Source of the DNA: Octopus sinensis
Taxonomy: Eukaryota
DNA length: 64,000 nt
Reading direction: 5' to 3'
Assembly: GCF_006345805.1 (NCBI RefSeq)
Contig: NC_043000.1
Coordinates: forward strand, 42,222,001 to 42,286,000
Shown here: one piece after another, positions 1 through 11,821 of the stretch
Position numbering within the stretch: position 1 is the stretch's first letter
Layout: every line of letters begins with the position of its first letter
Program-made: the position numbers and the translations under genes
Notes under the pieces: generated by a model
Seen by the model: only the letters and a program-made list of their open reading frames with translations
Told to the model about the DNA's origin: nothing
The model's database searches: none

Positions 1-257
1 TCTCTCTTCAGCTAGCATTATCACATCCTTCCAGACTACTCCAACTTCATTTTTACCTGATCATGAACATCCATCGCACTTTCTTTCACAAAACTAAAAC
101 AATTTCTGTGACTATCACTCACTCTCCTTTAACCTGAAAACATATAGCTATCATTACAGCTCCACTTATTGTTCCTATCAAACTGTCTCTCCTCATTTAC
201 CATCGTCTTCCACATTATCACTGCTCCTCTTCTGCCATACTATCTTTTCCTTCTCCC

Positions 258-537
258 GTGGCCGTTGCTAGCTTCGTCTGGTCTCCGTGCCGGTGGCACA
301 TAAAAACCACCATCCGATCGTGGCCGTTTGCCAGCTCCGTCTGGCACCTGTGCCGGTGGCACGTAAAAAGCACCCACTACACTCACGGAGTGGTTGGCAT
401 TAGGAAGGGCATCCAGCTGTAGAAACACTGCCGGATCAGACTGGACCTGGTGCAGCCTTCTGGCTTCCCAGACCCCAGTTCAACCGTCCAACCCATGCTA
501 GCATGGAAAGCGGACGCTAAACGATGATGATGATGAT
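258..537 (+). mobile_element. RTE 3'-UTR-derived short element with (GAT)n tail; further copies at about 781-955(-), 21500-21720(-), 36780-36945(+), 37925-38227(+), 46815-46940(-), 48925-49130(-)
   Basis: Shared CCAACCCATGCTAGCATGGAAAGCGGACGTTAAACGATGAT-type terminus, as on the LINE copies. Confidence 0.85.
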
Positions 538-1169
538 CTACACTTGCCCTCGATTCTACCCTCACTACCATTTATGTTTTCCGGACCAAATGCAGACAAC
601 ATAGAATATTGAGGATTCCTTTCTGTCCTGGAGGGTGCAAAGCAACTTCTCTAATTGGTGCAACAGTAAAAAGCACCAGACACATACAGTAGAATGCTTG
701 GCAAATGAGGAGAAATTATTTGGTCAAAAGGATTCCTTAGTTTGTTTAGTCAAAGACACGAGCAACTCTCTAGTGTTTGACTATCATCATCATCATCATC
801 ATCGTTGTTTAACGTCTACTTTCCATGCTAGCATGGGTTGGACGATTTGACTGAGGGCTGGCGAACCAGATGGCTGCACCAGGCTTCAATCTTGATCTGG
901 CAGAGTTTCTACAGCTGGATGCCCTTCCTAACGCTGGATGCACTTCCAAACAAGTACTTACTTTTTGACACCAGAAAAAGGAAACAAATAAAATAATATA
1001 TATTAGCAACAGAGGCAGTACAAATACTGAAAGATAGTATTAGTATATATTAATAACAGAAGAAACATTAATATAGAAAGGTAATATTGTACCATAATGG
1101 GTTTTGGTGCAAAATGCGCAATATTACCTTTTGGTATAAATAAAATAATAATGATGGAAATAGACTTAC

Positions 1170-1377
1170 AGTAATCAACTGGGTTGATCGTGCAGGCACA
1201 ACCCCATCTTTTGGGCTCATTAACAAGGGTGTGTTTCCTGAATACTTGACCTTGAATTCTCCTGGGATAAAGCCTTCATTTCTAATTTCGAAAGACCTTG
1301 TGTTCACCTCATTGTTGCCCACCATGCAGCCAAAATCTACTTCTCCACTAACAGACAAGATACAGCATGGGGAAGAC
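1170..1377 (-). CDS. CFAP47: CFAP47 coding exon 3 (SSPCCILSVSGEVDFGCMVGNNEVNTRSFEIRNEGFIPGEFKVKYSGNTPLLMSPKDGVVPARSTQLIT)
   Basis: ACAG acceptor, GTAAGT donor, 208 nt, phase-compatible with exon 2. Resembles human VNFGTLVANSKVYSKEITITNHGKAPGIFK. The gene continues beyond position 1. Confidence 0.88.
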
Positions 1378-3224
1378 CTGTTGTAGAAAGAGAAAAAAAA
1401 ATGACAAAAAACAAGGGAAAAAGCAAACAAATTGTTTTAGGGATGATGATGATGGTTGAAGCAGAAATAGGTTTTGAAGTGAACACTGATGCTGATAGGA
1501 ATGATAATGGTGATAATGACAAAGTTGATGACACTGATTAATGCAGATGTTCATGATGATGATAATGATGCTGATGCTCTTGAGCTGTTGCTGTTGAGCG
1601 AACAGTCTTCGTCCCAGAGCTCGCAAGATGGGAGAAGTCCGAAACGTGATCCTCCGCTATTTGTAAGACTCGCAGAAGAGAAAGCAGGTCAACCCCCGAC
1701 ACCGAGAGCATCGACGGATGGATGGATGAATGCGTATCCAAGCTCAGTGGTTGCGTAGGAAGTCGGGGACAAGAAACAGGAAGAAAGAGTGAGAGAAAGT
1801 TGGGGTGAAAGAGTACAACAAGGGTTGCCAACACCCCCTGCCGGAGCCTCGTGGAGCTTTAGGTGTTTTCACTCAATAAACACACACAACGCCCTGTCTG
1901 GGAATTAAAACCGCGGTCCTCTGACCGTGAGTCCACTGCCTTAACCACTGGGCCATTGCACCTCCACTGCTGATGCCGATAATGATGATGGTGAAGATGT
2001 GGAAGAGGTGGATAGTGATTCTTCTCCTGAAAATATGAGAGCATCAAGATGACAACAACAACTATAATAGTTCCAAATTTTGGCATAAGACCAGCAACTT
2101 CAGGGTGGAACTAAGTCAATTACATCAATCTCAGTCTTCAATTGGTACTATTTTATCCACCCCAAAAGGATGAAAGGCAAATTCAACTTTGGCAGCATGG
2201 AAAATCAGAATGTAAAATGCCAGAAGAAATCCACAAAGAATTTTGTCCAACACGTAAATGATTCTACAAGCTTGTGGCCTTAATGATAATAATATTTGTA
2301 ATGAATTTAATAATGATTGAAATAATAAGAGTAGCATAATTTGAAAAATGAGAGCAATGATGTAGTGTACTGTAGCTAATGACAGAGACACAGCAATGAC
2401 AACAAACAAGGGAGACTGTGTGTAGTTGCTTCACCTGCTAGAAATAAGGAAGAAAGTTTTTATTTAAAGTTATTGCATATGAGGCACAGTAAAGCAGAAA
2501 CTGTGTCTCATTCACACATTCCATTTTTGCTATAATTTCTATAGATAGATGCCTTTCCTATCACCAACCACATTACAGAGTGCACTGGGTGTGTTTTGTC
2601 ATGCCTGCAGTAACGGAGAGATTGTTTTGTCCCTGGTTGCTAACAAAATCATCAAAAGTAGTCAACAAGATAGATCCTCAATCAAATAGAAATAGAGACC
2701 AAGTCTCCTTCAATTCATATTCAACCATCTTAAAATGGAAGGACTCAATGGATATTGTCTTCTGAAATACATTATGCTTGAAAAAAGAAAGATGATGAAA
2801 TTATCATGACTAGAATATCTTAGACTGTAAATCTTGTTTGATCAGCACTGGCCTGGGGGTTAAAAAACAGAAACATCAAAGAACTATATGAGCCAATGAC
2901 AGAATTTTCATGTGGTCATTTGACCTTCTAGAAATAACACTGAAATTGTTCCTAAAATTACACCTTAAAAATGGAATGATAGATTGGATAATATTGTACC
3001 AGATACATATTGGCTTAAAAAAAGAAAAAGGACAAGGAAAATAATTTGAGCTTATCACAGAGTGAGTCATTTTGATCATAGACTTGTAGAATCAGATATG
3101 ATTTGTGGTTGAATAACCACCACCATCCTCCACCCTCACGGACTAATACTGCCACCACTATCAATGACTTGATTCTATTTGTTGCATTAGTATATGACAT
3201 TTAACAACTATTTTTATGGTTTAA

Positions 3225-3444
3225 CTCTTCAACATTTAAATTGGCTATATCTGGCCCAAACATTCTTCCAGTTTTACGTTCAAAATAGCTGGATCTGGCT
3301 TCTCACACTTACCCTACAATTTCATTCTAAAAGTAAACCATCACAACATCAAAATCTCAAAGCTACAGCATAATGCATGATTGATTTAAAGCAATGACAA
3401 TGAATAAGTGTTACGTTTGACAGAGTAATCTGTATGCTAAAAGA
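3225..3444. mobile_element. Degenerate TTAA-flanked MITE, followed by a partial tandem copy to about 3560
   Basis: TTAA-CTCTTCAACAT...ATGCTAAAAGA-TTAA. Confidence 0.5.
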
Positions 3445-3642
3445 TTAAAGGATCACATCATGAAAATCTCAAATCTATGAGATATTTACATGATTAATTT
3501 AATATAACATGAATGAATGAACATTATATTTGACAAAGTAATCTGAATGATGAAGAGTTATCTTTAATCTGTTTCAGTCATTAGACTGCAGCCATGCTGG
3601 GGAACCACTTTGAAGAATATGTGAAGAAAAGAAAATGCTTAC

Positions 3643-3800
3643 ACAATTAGTGGAACTTCGACTCTGTCTTCTCCACTGCAAATAATCAATCTGTCCTTCA
3701 AAGAGTACCCATCAAATGTACCCTTGTATATAACTGGTATATTCACAGTCAAACCTGCAGCTAGGGCTCTCTCTGACTTTTTGGATTTCATTTCAAATTC
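3643..3800 (-). CDS. CFAP47: CFAP47 coding exon 2 (EFEMKSKKSERALAAGLTVNIPVIYKGTFDGYSLKDRLIICSGEDRVEVPLI)
   Basis: Pyrimidine tract plus CAG acceptor, GTAAGC donor, 158 nt, phase 0 to 2. Resembles human LASGLQMTAMVEY...DRLLISIENKTTEIPLIG. Confidence 0.85.
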
Positions 3801-4407
3801 CTGTATGTTGAAAAACAAAAATCAAACAATCTAACAAAATGAAAGCAATAATTTTATTTCATGTTTTTTTTTAGGATTTTTACAATTATAAAGTATTTGA
3901 AATGAGCATCAATGATGTGGGTGAGGGAGGGTCATTCAACTTGCTAGTTGTAGCTCTCAAATAACACCTTACCATCTTTAAAAAGAGCAAAACAGGCTGA
4001 CAATGCAACCTTAGATGTGCTATGGTTGGAGGAGGGAGGAGGGAGTAAAGGGAGGGGGGTGAAGGGAGGAGGGTGAAGGGAGGAGGGGAGTGGTGAAGGG
4101 AAGAGGAGGGTGGTGAAGGGAGGAGGGAAAAATGAGGAGGTGGAAGCCAAAACTATCAACTTTATCCAATACTTCTTCCTAAGAATGTCCTCCGTCTAGA
4201 GGTTCCTTCATCTTCTTAAGTTTTTTGTCTCTGCTCACCACTATTGGGGGCAGAGATAGTTGTCTGCAAGTGCAAGCCCCGTGAGTCAGAGTGGCTGTTC
4301 CAGAGCATCTCCCTTGCCATCCTTTTCCAGTTTGTCTGCTCGGACCATGACTTATAGAAAATTGCCGTCTGACTTGCAAGTTCCACTCCTTAATGTAAAG
4401 TTACTCC

Positions 4408-4450
<43 letters not shown>

Positions 4451-4878
4451 AAGTGGTCTTACACTTTACTTAACAAACAGTTTTAAATATTGGTGATGAC
4501 AGCCTGCAAAAAGTAGGCAGCTGTTGAAGAACATCAATTACATCAGCTGACCTAACAGGTATCAAAGAGCTTGTGAAGACCATCATGAGTACAACTATTC
4601 CCCACTACCAGACCAATCCATTAAGATAACTATCTTTAGCACTTATCTTTTACTTATTTCCATCATTGGACAGCAGCCATACTGGGATTCACTTTACCTT
4701 CAAGGGTTTAGTCGGAAAAAAAATCAACACTAGTACTCATCTTTTTTGAACTTTGATACTTGTTCTATCAGTCTCTTGCTCAGAGTAATGTGTAAAGTTA
4801 ATGTCTTGTGTTGCACATTCTGGTTGGGACCTCTCTTTCACTTTGGCTAGGGGACTTAATTCATCATCAAATAAATAC

Positions 4879-4975
4879 CAGGGCTGTGGAGTCGGAGTCG
4901 GTAAAATGGACCACAATCACTTAATTACATAGAGGAGAGGGAGTTAAAGGTTTTTGTTTTGACTCCACAGCCCTG
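4879..4975. mobile_element. 97-bp hAT-type MITE
   Basis: Perfect 15-bp TIR CAGGGCTGTGGAGTC; 8-bp TSD ATAAATAC at 4871-78 and 4976-83. Confidence 0.9.
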
Positions 4976-5076
4976 ATAAATACATCACTCTGTTGTAAGC
5001 ATTTGAGCCAGGTTTTCAATCTAAGGATACCTTCTCTTCCACCCACCACCATTAGAAACACTAACAAATGGTTATA

Positions 5077-5988
5077 CAGTGATCCCTTGCTATTTCGTGG
5101 TTCAACTATCGCAGATTCACAACTTCGTGGCTTTTTAAAATATATATATATATATGAACACCTAAAATTTTTCATTAAATCCATTAAAATATTAATAATA
5201 AATATCATTTCCTAGTCTACGAAAAACAAAACAATCGTAAGATAGCAAAAAAGCATATACAGAGGTATTTGAACTTAAGACAGGCTGTGATTGGTGCAAT
5301 GGAGAGAGATGACGAATCACAGCTTTCTATTTTGTAATTGGGCCTGTCATTGGTGCTTTGACCAATGCTCAGATCCGCAGCATCTTCTCTTGTCTCTCTC
5401 TCTCGCAGCCATTTCGCTTCAAGCCTTCTCGCCCAGGAAAGGGCATCGCCATCAGCTTCATCATCAAAATTTCTACTGCGCAGCAAATTCATTACCATCA
5501 TCATTCAAATTTTACTTCAACTTCTTTCGTGTTGAGTACAGTAACAATCTTTATTTTTTTAAATCTAAAGTATTATTGCTTAACAGTTGTCCTTGTTATT
5601 AATAGACTACTGTAACGGGTGGGTTGTTAACAGTACAGGGAGGGTTTTAACCCTTTCATTACTGTATTTATTTTGAAATGCTCCGTGTTTCTTTCAATTA
5701 TTTTAAATATAACAAAGAATTTAGTAAAATAACTTAGTTATTATTGAGCTAGTGTTAGGAATGTAAATTGTAACTAAAGCTTGGTGGAATATTTTAATTC
5801 AAAACTTATGAAAACAAGACATTTTACCACATAGCCAGAGCCGGTTTTGGCTGGGTTAGTAACAAAAGGGTTAAAAGTCCAAATACACGTTAAATAAATA
5901 CTGTAAATATGGTGTCCCTACTTCGCGGAAATTCAGTTATCGCGGCTGGTCTCGGAACCAATCTCCCGTGATAAACGAGGGATCACTG
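5077..5988. mobile_element. Tc1/pogo (Tigger-like) non-autonomous element
   Basis: TIR CAGTGATCCCTYG, TA duplication on both sides. Confidence 0.85.
5651..5870. mobile_element. TTAA-flanked piggyBac-like MITE nested in the pogo-like element
   Basis: TTAA-CCCTTTCATTAC...GTAACAAAAGGG-TTAA. Confidence 0.75.
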
Positions 5989-6134
5989 TATGTATTGCTC
6001 TTCCTCATGTGACTAAGCAATAAAAAAAAATGAAACAAAATAAAATAAAAGCTTATACTTCAAGTCTCTATCTTAAAGAGACATCATAAAACTTCCAATT
6101 CTCTGAAATATTAGATCTTAATGGAAGAAACAAC

Positions 6135-6397
6135 CACTGGCTCGGGAATGGAATTTGCTTAGGGGGTGCAAACCCAAGTCCAAAAATATTTACAAGCAAG
6201 GTCTTGTTTTTTTTTTTTTGTTATTTATTTTTGTGTTTTGTTCTTTGAGAAGGAACTTAACTTCAAGCTACGTTTTTACACATTACTTTTTATTTCCCGT
6301 TTTCTAAACCTGAGGGCTGCAAATTTTGGTTCTGCACTCCACAAAATTTCCAGGGGGTGCACTTGCACCACCTGCACCCACTGTTCCCGGGCCCATG
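6135..6397. mobile_element. 263-bp hAT-type MITE
   Basis: Imperfect 14-bp TIR (11/14); 8-bp TSD GAAACAAC at 6127-34 and 6398-6405. Confidence 0.8.
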
Positions 6398-7782
6398 GAA
6401 ACAACCTTAAATTAAACTTGCTAAAGTCTGGAATCCAAGGAGGCTGATAAGTATCTGCATCAGCAATATCTTATGGAAAGAAGAGTTCATAGAACGTTGA
6501 ATAGTTTATCTGCAGTGAGGAAAACATTATCAAGAGGAGGTGCAGGTAAGGCTGTTTGGTAAGAAATTTGCTTCTCAACTGCATGGTTCCAGGTTCAGTC
6601 TCACAGCATAGCACCTTGGACATGTGTCTTCTACTATAGCTTCGGGCTGACCAAAGCCTTGAGAATGAATCTGGTAGATGGAAACTGAAAGAATGTCGTC
6701 ATGTACAGGTGTGTATGTGCTTGTATTAGTAAACAGAAACAGAAAGAAATCCACCGTATGAAATAATAATAATAATGAAATTATTGTATACAGTGCTCAG
6801 GTGTACCACAACTTCTCAGAAAGTGCATCTAAAGTATATGCAGTAATGTACAAATGTCTGGAAAGCGAACAATGTATGAGTCAGAAACATGCTTGTGTGT
6901 GTATGGAGGGGAGAAAATCAGGTGTAGTGTTGGTGAATCTCAGGAAGCATGGAAGTTTTGAAGGATGCAGTGCTCCGACAACTAACAACTGATGCCGGCA
7001 GTTTGTTCCATGCCTCAGCAACTCTCAGCGTGAAAAAATGTTTCCTAAAGTCATGGGAGCTGTGCTGTTTTCTGACTTTGTAAATATGTCCACGGGTGTT
7101 AGATAGGTGGAGTTATATATATGTGTGTTGTGTGTGTGTGTGTGTGTGTGTGTATGCGTGCGCCTGCGTCTGTGCCCCCTCCCCGCACGATCCTCGTAAC
7201 TTAGCAGTTCAGTTCATCAAAAGAGACCGATAGAATAAATGACAGGCTTAGAATAAAAGCAAAAGTATTGGATTCCTCAAGGCGATGCCTCCCCATGGCC
7301 ACATGACGCACAGTATCTATGCATTACAATCACCGACAGACGTGTGCTGTGCCTTCCTTAAATCGTTTTGCATAAGAACATAACTACAATGGACTCGGTT
7401 GTTCGCAGGTAACTAGTAACATGCCGCCACCACCCTGGTCCACTTGACAGGTTCTTCTCTCCTCTCGTACACCCGCTCCACTTCTCATCACCTATATTGT
7501 GCCTACCACTCCGCCCATTTCCATTATGCATTATGAGTTAACTCTCCTCCTATCCCTATGTCCTCCACACTTACACCACATGCCCACTCTTTTCTTAATA
7601 GAACGTTAAAATTTGAGATTTCCTTCCCTTTCTCATTTTCTTCCTTGCTGCATTTGTTGACTTTCATTTCTTCAAGGACCCCCAATAATATCGATCTCTC
7701 TAAGCCCGGAGGACCTGCAGAAGTCATAGATATAACACTTTCTTCAAAACCAATGAAAACAAGAATAAAGAAATAAATGAAT

Positions 7783-8190
7783 GAATGTGGCTGTGTGGTA
7801 AGTAGCTTGCTAACCAACCACATGGTTCCGGGTTCAGTCCCACTACGTGGCATCTTGGGCAAGTGTCTTCTGCTATAGCCCCAGGCCGACCAATGCCTTG
7901 TGAGTGGATTTGGTAGGCGGAAACTGAAAGAAGCCTGTCGTATATATATGTATATGTATTAATGTGTGTGTGTGTGTGTGTGTGTGTTTGTCCCCCCTAG
8001 CATTGTTTGACAACCGATGCTGGTGTGTTTACGTCCCCGTCACTTAGCGGTTCGGCAAAAGAGACCAATAGAATAAGTACTGGGCTTACAAAAGAATAAG
8101 TCTCGGGGTCGATTTGCTCGACTAAAGGCGGTGCTCCAGCATGGCCGCAGTCAAATGACTGAAACAAGTAAAAGAGTAAAAGAGTAAGAG
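7783..8190 (+). mobile_element. tRNA-derived SINE family A; other copies at about 6540-6720(+), 14399-14836(-), 16517-16933(-), 21821-22220(+), 27340-27660(-), 44041-44511(-), 45108-45537(+), 46390-46805(+), 48230-48900(+), 50995-51230(-)
   Basis: A/B-box-like head TGGCTGTGTGG...GGTTCAGTCCC, internal (TA/TG)n, tail GACTGAAACAAGTAAAAGAG, repeated across the window. Confidence 0.9.
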
Positions 8191-8235
8191 TAAATAAATA
8201 AATAAATAAATAAATGACGCAAAGACTTTACTTAC

Positions 8236-8379
8236 CTCTGATTTTGGTGGATGTAACTCGATTGTTCTTAAGTTATTGCTGACATTGGTAACTAGGACGT
8301 TCTCTTCGTGCCACCTATCGCTTATGAAATTAATATACGGTGGGTGAATTGATATGACTCTGTTGCCGGTCTTGGCCAT
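8236..8379 (-). CDS. CFAP47: CFAP47 coding exon 1 (MAKTGNRVISIHPPYINF...ELHPPKSE)
   Basis: ATG at 8379-8377, 144 nt open, GTAAGT donor, phase 0. Spliced to the next two exons it resembles the CFAP47 N-terminus as I recall it (no alignment run). Confidence 0.8.
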
Positions 8380-8661
8380 TTTGCACACAATCCGCGTTGA
8401 CAAGTAAACAACATTGAATGTTTTCAAACTTCGCTGAGTAGGTTACGGTTGCGAGATATTCTTTTATTCATTCAATTAGTTTCGTATATGTATCTCGACC
8501 AAAATTAATTTTTTCGTCTTAGTCTTCTGCTATAGAACCCTACCATTCACGCCCTGGACGTTTTTATAGAAATATATATTTTTATAGAAATACCAGTACA
8601 TAACAAGTACTATTTTTACGGCCCGATGGAATAATTTAAAGGCAAAGTTGACCTCGACTTA

Positions 8662-8739
<78 letters not shown>

Positions 8740-8884
8740 CGATCCCTTTTGATTGCCTTTTTTTCCCCCGCCCCTTTTGATCAGAACTTAGCAATTTTTC
8801 TGTCCACCCCCTTTTTCTTTTTCATTTTCGACAAGAAAAGCTCTATATTTGTATTTGTACCCACTTTGTGACCAATGAAGAAAG

Positions 8885-8947
<63 letters not shown>

Positions 8948-9858
8948 CCTGTGTGCCTGTGCGCGCACGTTATTCTTAATCAAGAATATTGTTGACAGGG
9001 ACTTCGAAGTTTTGGTCAGTTAAACCGTCGTAGGGCAGCCAGTCCATTGACGGCTTAACTGGCCGACACTTCGAAGCTACTGTCAACAACATTCTTGTTA
9101 AAGAATAATAAATTTGTACTCTACAAAAGTATAGAGAAACCCGTCAGATTAATGTAAAATTGTTTTTATTATAATTGAACATAAAAACAAACATTAACAC
9201 ACACACACACACACACACGCGCGCACAGTAAAAGAAAACGAATTGTAAAGGATAAAGGATTTCTTAGTGTATATCTTGAAACTGTGTCAGTCATGTTTTA
9301 TATCTAAAGATTGGTGAGATAGATTAATAAAAAAATATATAGAAAAAATAACTAAAATTGTTTTTATTACGGTAAAAACAAACCGATATGTAAAATCCGC
9401 GCGTATCATAGATTCACTGTTTGTAAACATAAAATAATCTTGCTATTTTTTTTTTTATGAATTTATTTATATAAGATAGAATTGAAATAAATTTGAAAAA
9501 AAAAAAAGGTCAGTGTTTAGTATTTCTCACAGCAGACGAACTTTAACTTTTTCTAAACCGGTTGCGGAAAAAAGCTGGAAAATTAATTGGTTCTAACACT
9601 AAGGTAAACAAAGAAATAATTCATCTTCTATAAAACAATTAGGAGAAATTCTCCAAAGAAGGTTGTGCGCGCGCACACACACACACACTCATGTACGTAC
9701 ATAATACGTAACTATCAGATTTGTGGCTAGCTCTAAAATTACTATGGCAACAGTTACTAGCAAGTTATTGTTTACGTATATATAAAATGTTATAGTAATA
9801 TTTTTACCTCTTCTCTCTTTTTCACTATATCTTAATACAATTCACTCGTAAAATTAAC
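8380..9858. promoter_or_regulatory. Putative bidirectional promoter region between CFAP47 and DNAJB13
   Basis: Divergent ATGs 1479 bp apart; CpG retained; X-box ATTACTATGGCAAC at 9738-9751; GTAAACA forkhead cores at 8404, 9423, 9604 and (reverse) 9769. Confidence 0.7.
8970..9108. repeat. Imperfect 60-bp inverted repeat with 19-nt spacer
   Basis: 8970-9029 versus 9049-9108 match at 50/60 positions without gaps. Confidence 0.9.
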
Positions 9859-9926
9859 ATGGGAATCGATTACTATGAAATACTAGATATTACCAGGAGT
9901 GCAACGGATGCTGAGATAAAGAAAAG
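9859..9926 (+). CDS. DNAJB13: DNAJB13 exon 1 (MGIDYYEILDITRSATDAEIKKS), GC donor
   Basis: J-domain start DYYEIL; 68 nt ending AAAG/GCAAGT; only this donor is in frame with exon 2. Confidence 0.92.
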
Positions 9927-11096
9927 GCAAGTTAGTTCAATTGTAATGTCGAATCGTATGCAGTTGCTGACATATAAGCATAAATTACATTGTATTATTT
10001 AATATTCCTTTTGAATAAGATTAACGAATGTAATAGCAATGATAGAACATTATAAAAAAAAAAAAGTTACAAAGTGATGAAATTATTGTGATCTACGTGT
10101 GGCTGATAAAGGAAAGTATGTCCCATGGTGAAAGCTGTAGATGTGATAGAAATATTGTGCGTTTGCGCGCATGTATAACTTCGGATCTTTTCCTTTTGAA
10201 CGGCAGTTTTCAACACAATTTCTAGTTAACTAAACACTTTTGAACTTCGTATACTGGTAGAATGTATCAAAATAAAACATTTTTTTTTCTCTTGGCTTTC
10301 TTGAGAAAATTGTAATTTGTAAGTTTAACGTAGTTTAATTTTTCGAATTTTAACCAATCGATTGCCTCTATTGAGCTAAAATCATTTGCTGCGTCTAAAA
10401 CTGAGACAACATTCGTTTCGTTTTTGTTTTGAGTTTTTGCTATCGTTTTAGCCTTTCGTTTTTTTTTTTCTTAATTGTTAAATTAAAATTATTTTCCATT
10501 GCTTTCGTTTTAGCCTTTCGTTTTTTTTTCTTAATTGTTATCCTTAAATTAATTTAACAATTAAGAAAAAAAATAAACGAAAGCAATGTTTCTATCTATC
10601 TATCTGTCTGTCTGTCTGTTTGTCGTCGCCTGGGTCAGACAGAATTCATTGATGCAAGTTTCCTAGGGCTGGCCCCATGCTCCTTCTATCCCCACCCTTT
10701 CCAACAAAATTAACATTTCCCCATGGGGGAACTTGTTTTCATAGAAGACTGAAAATGACTAATACCACTTAGATGATGGTGACGCTCGTTTATTATAATC
10801 ATTTGATGTCAACACAAAGACACCCAAGCACACAACACAGCGCTGGATAAAACATAAGGCAAAATAAAGAGGGAAGTAAAGAATACGTACACTACCCATT
10901 TACGGCGTGTATTTATTTATTATTTTTTTTTCGGATTTCTGTTTTTGATATAGAATACAATTTTGCACAAAAATCACGTTTTCAACTTTTCTATTTCCCA
11001 CCACCTTTAATTTTTAACTTTTTTCCCAATTTTTAAAAATCCTTACAGAAAAATGGGTACTACTGAAATAGGGAGGTCCCTTAATGGTCGTATTTA

Positions 11097-11198
11097 AATA
11101 CAGAGGTTTCGACGCATTTACGTAACCATAACCCTAACCCTAACGAGTGTGCATTGTAAAAACATATCGTTGTGTTGATGCATCGGGACCTCTGTATT
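11097..11198. mobile_element. MITE-like hairpin with internal CCCTAA repeats
   Basis: About 20-bp imperfect TIR (AATACAGAGGTTTCGACGCAT / ATGCATCGGGACCTCTGTATT), TA flanks. Confidence 0.65.
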
Positions 11199-11821
11199 TA
11201 TGTACAAACCTGGAAAACTTTTTTTTCAAATTTTAATTCCCCCTCCCCTACCCACACATCACCTCTCCGATTTCAAAAGACTATGAGTCCTCACCCCACC
11301 CGTTGGTAAGTGCGCATTTTTTCCTTCATATTCGTTTACTTGACATTGTTTTACACATATTAAGCTATTTTTTACCCATTTTTTTGCCCAGGTCTGAAAC
11401 TGGAGCTTAATAAAAGGAAAAAAAATAAATAAGGGGGTGTAAAGGGTGGAACTGGAGGACAGTCAACCCCATCCCCTAAACTGACCTTTCTGATTTTTTT
11501 ATCACCGGATTCCTATATTTTTGATGATGGAGATTCCAAACATGCAAAAACCCCATTTTCAAAATTTTTAATCCCCCCACCCCTTATTTTTTTCCCAACC
11601 ATTTCTTCTTGTTCCTGTTTTCAATATAGGAGATTAGGATTTTTCCCAGAATAACAGGTTTTCAAAATGTTAACCCTAACTCAGCCCAAATTTTAAATGG
11701 TAAATGTAAAGAATCTTTCCCAATGACAAATTTAAAAAAACCCAGTTTTCTACAGTAAAATCAATGTGTAGATTATGAAAAACACTATAAAAATTAGGGG
11801 AAACTATGAGTGTTATGTACT

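Noticed and set aside
540-700. Candidate CFAP47 exon 4
   Set aside because: The translation does not resemble the expected continuation; exon 4 probably lies outside the window.
1920-1967. tRNA genes at SINE heads (also 7783, 15400, 19080, 23095, 45108)
   Set aside because: A/B boxes only; no complete cloverleaf, and each runs into a repeated SINE body.
9931-9936. Canonical GT donor for DNAJB13 exon 1
   Set aside because: It adds 4 nt and breaks the frame with exon 2.
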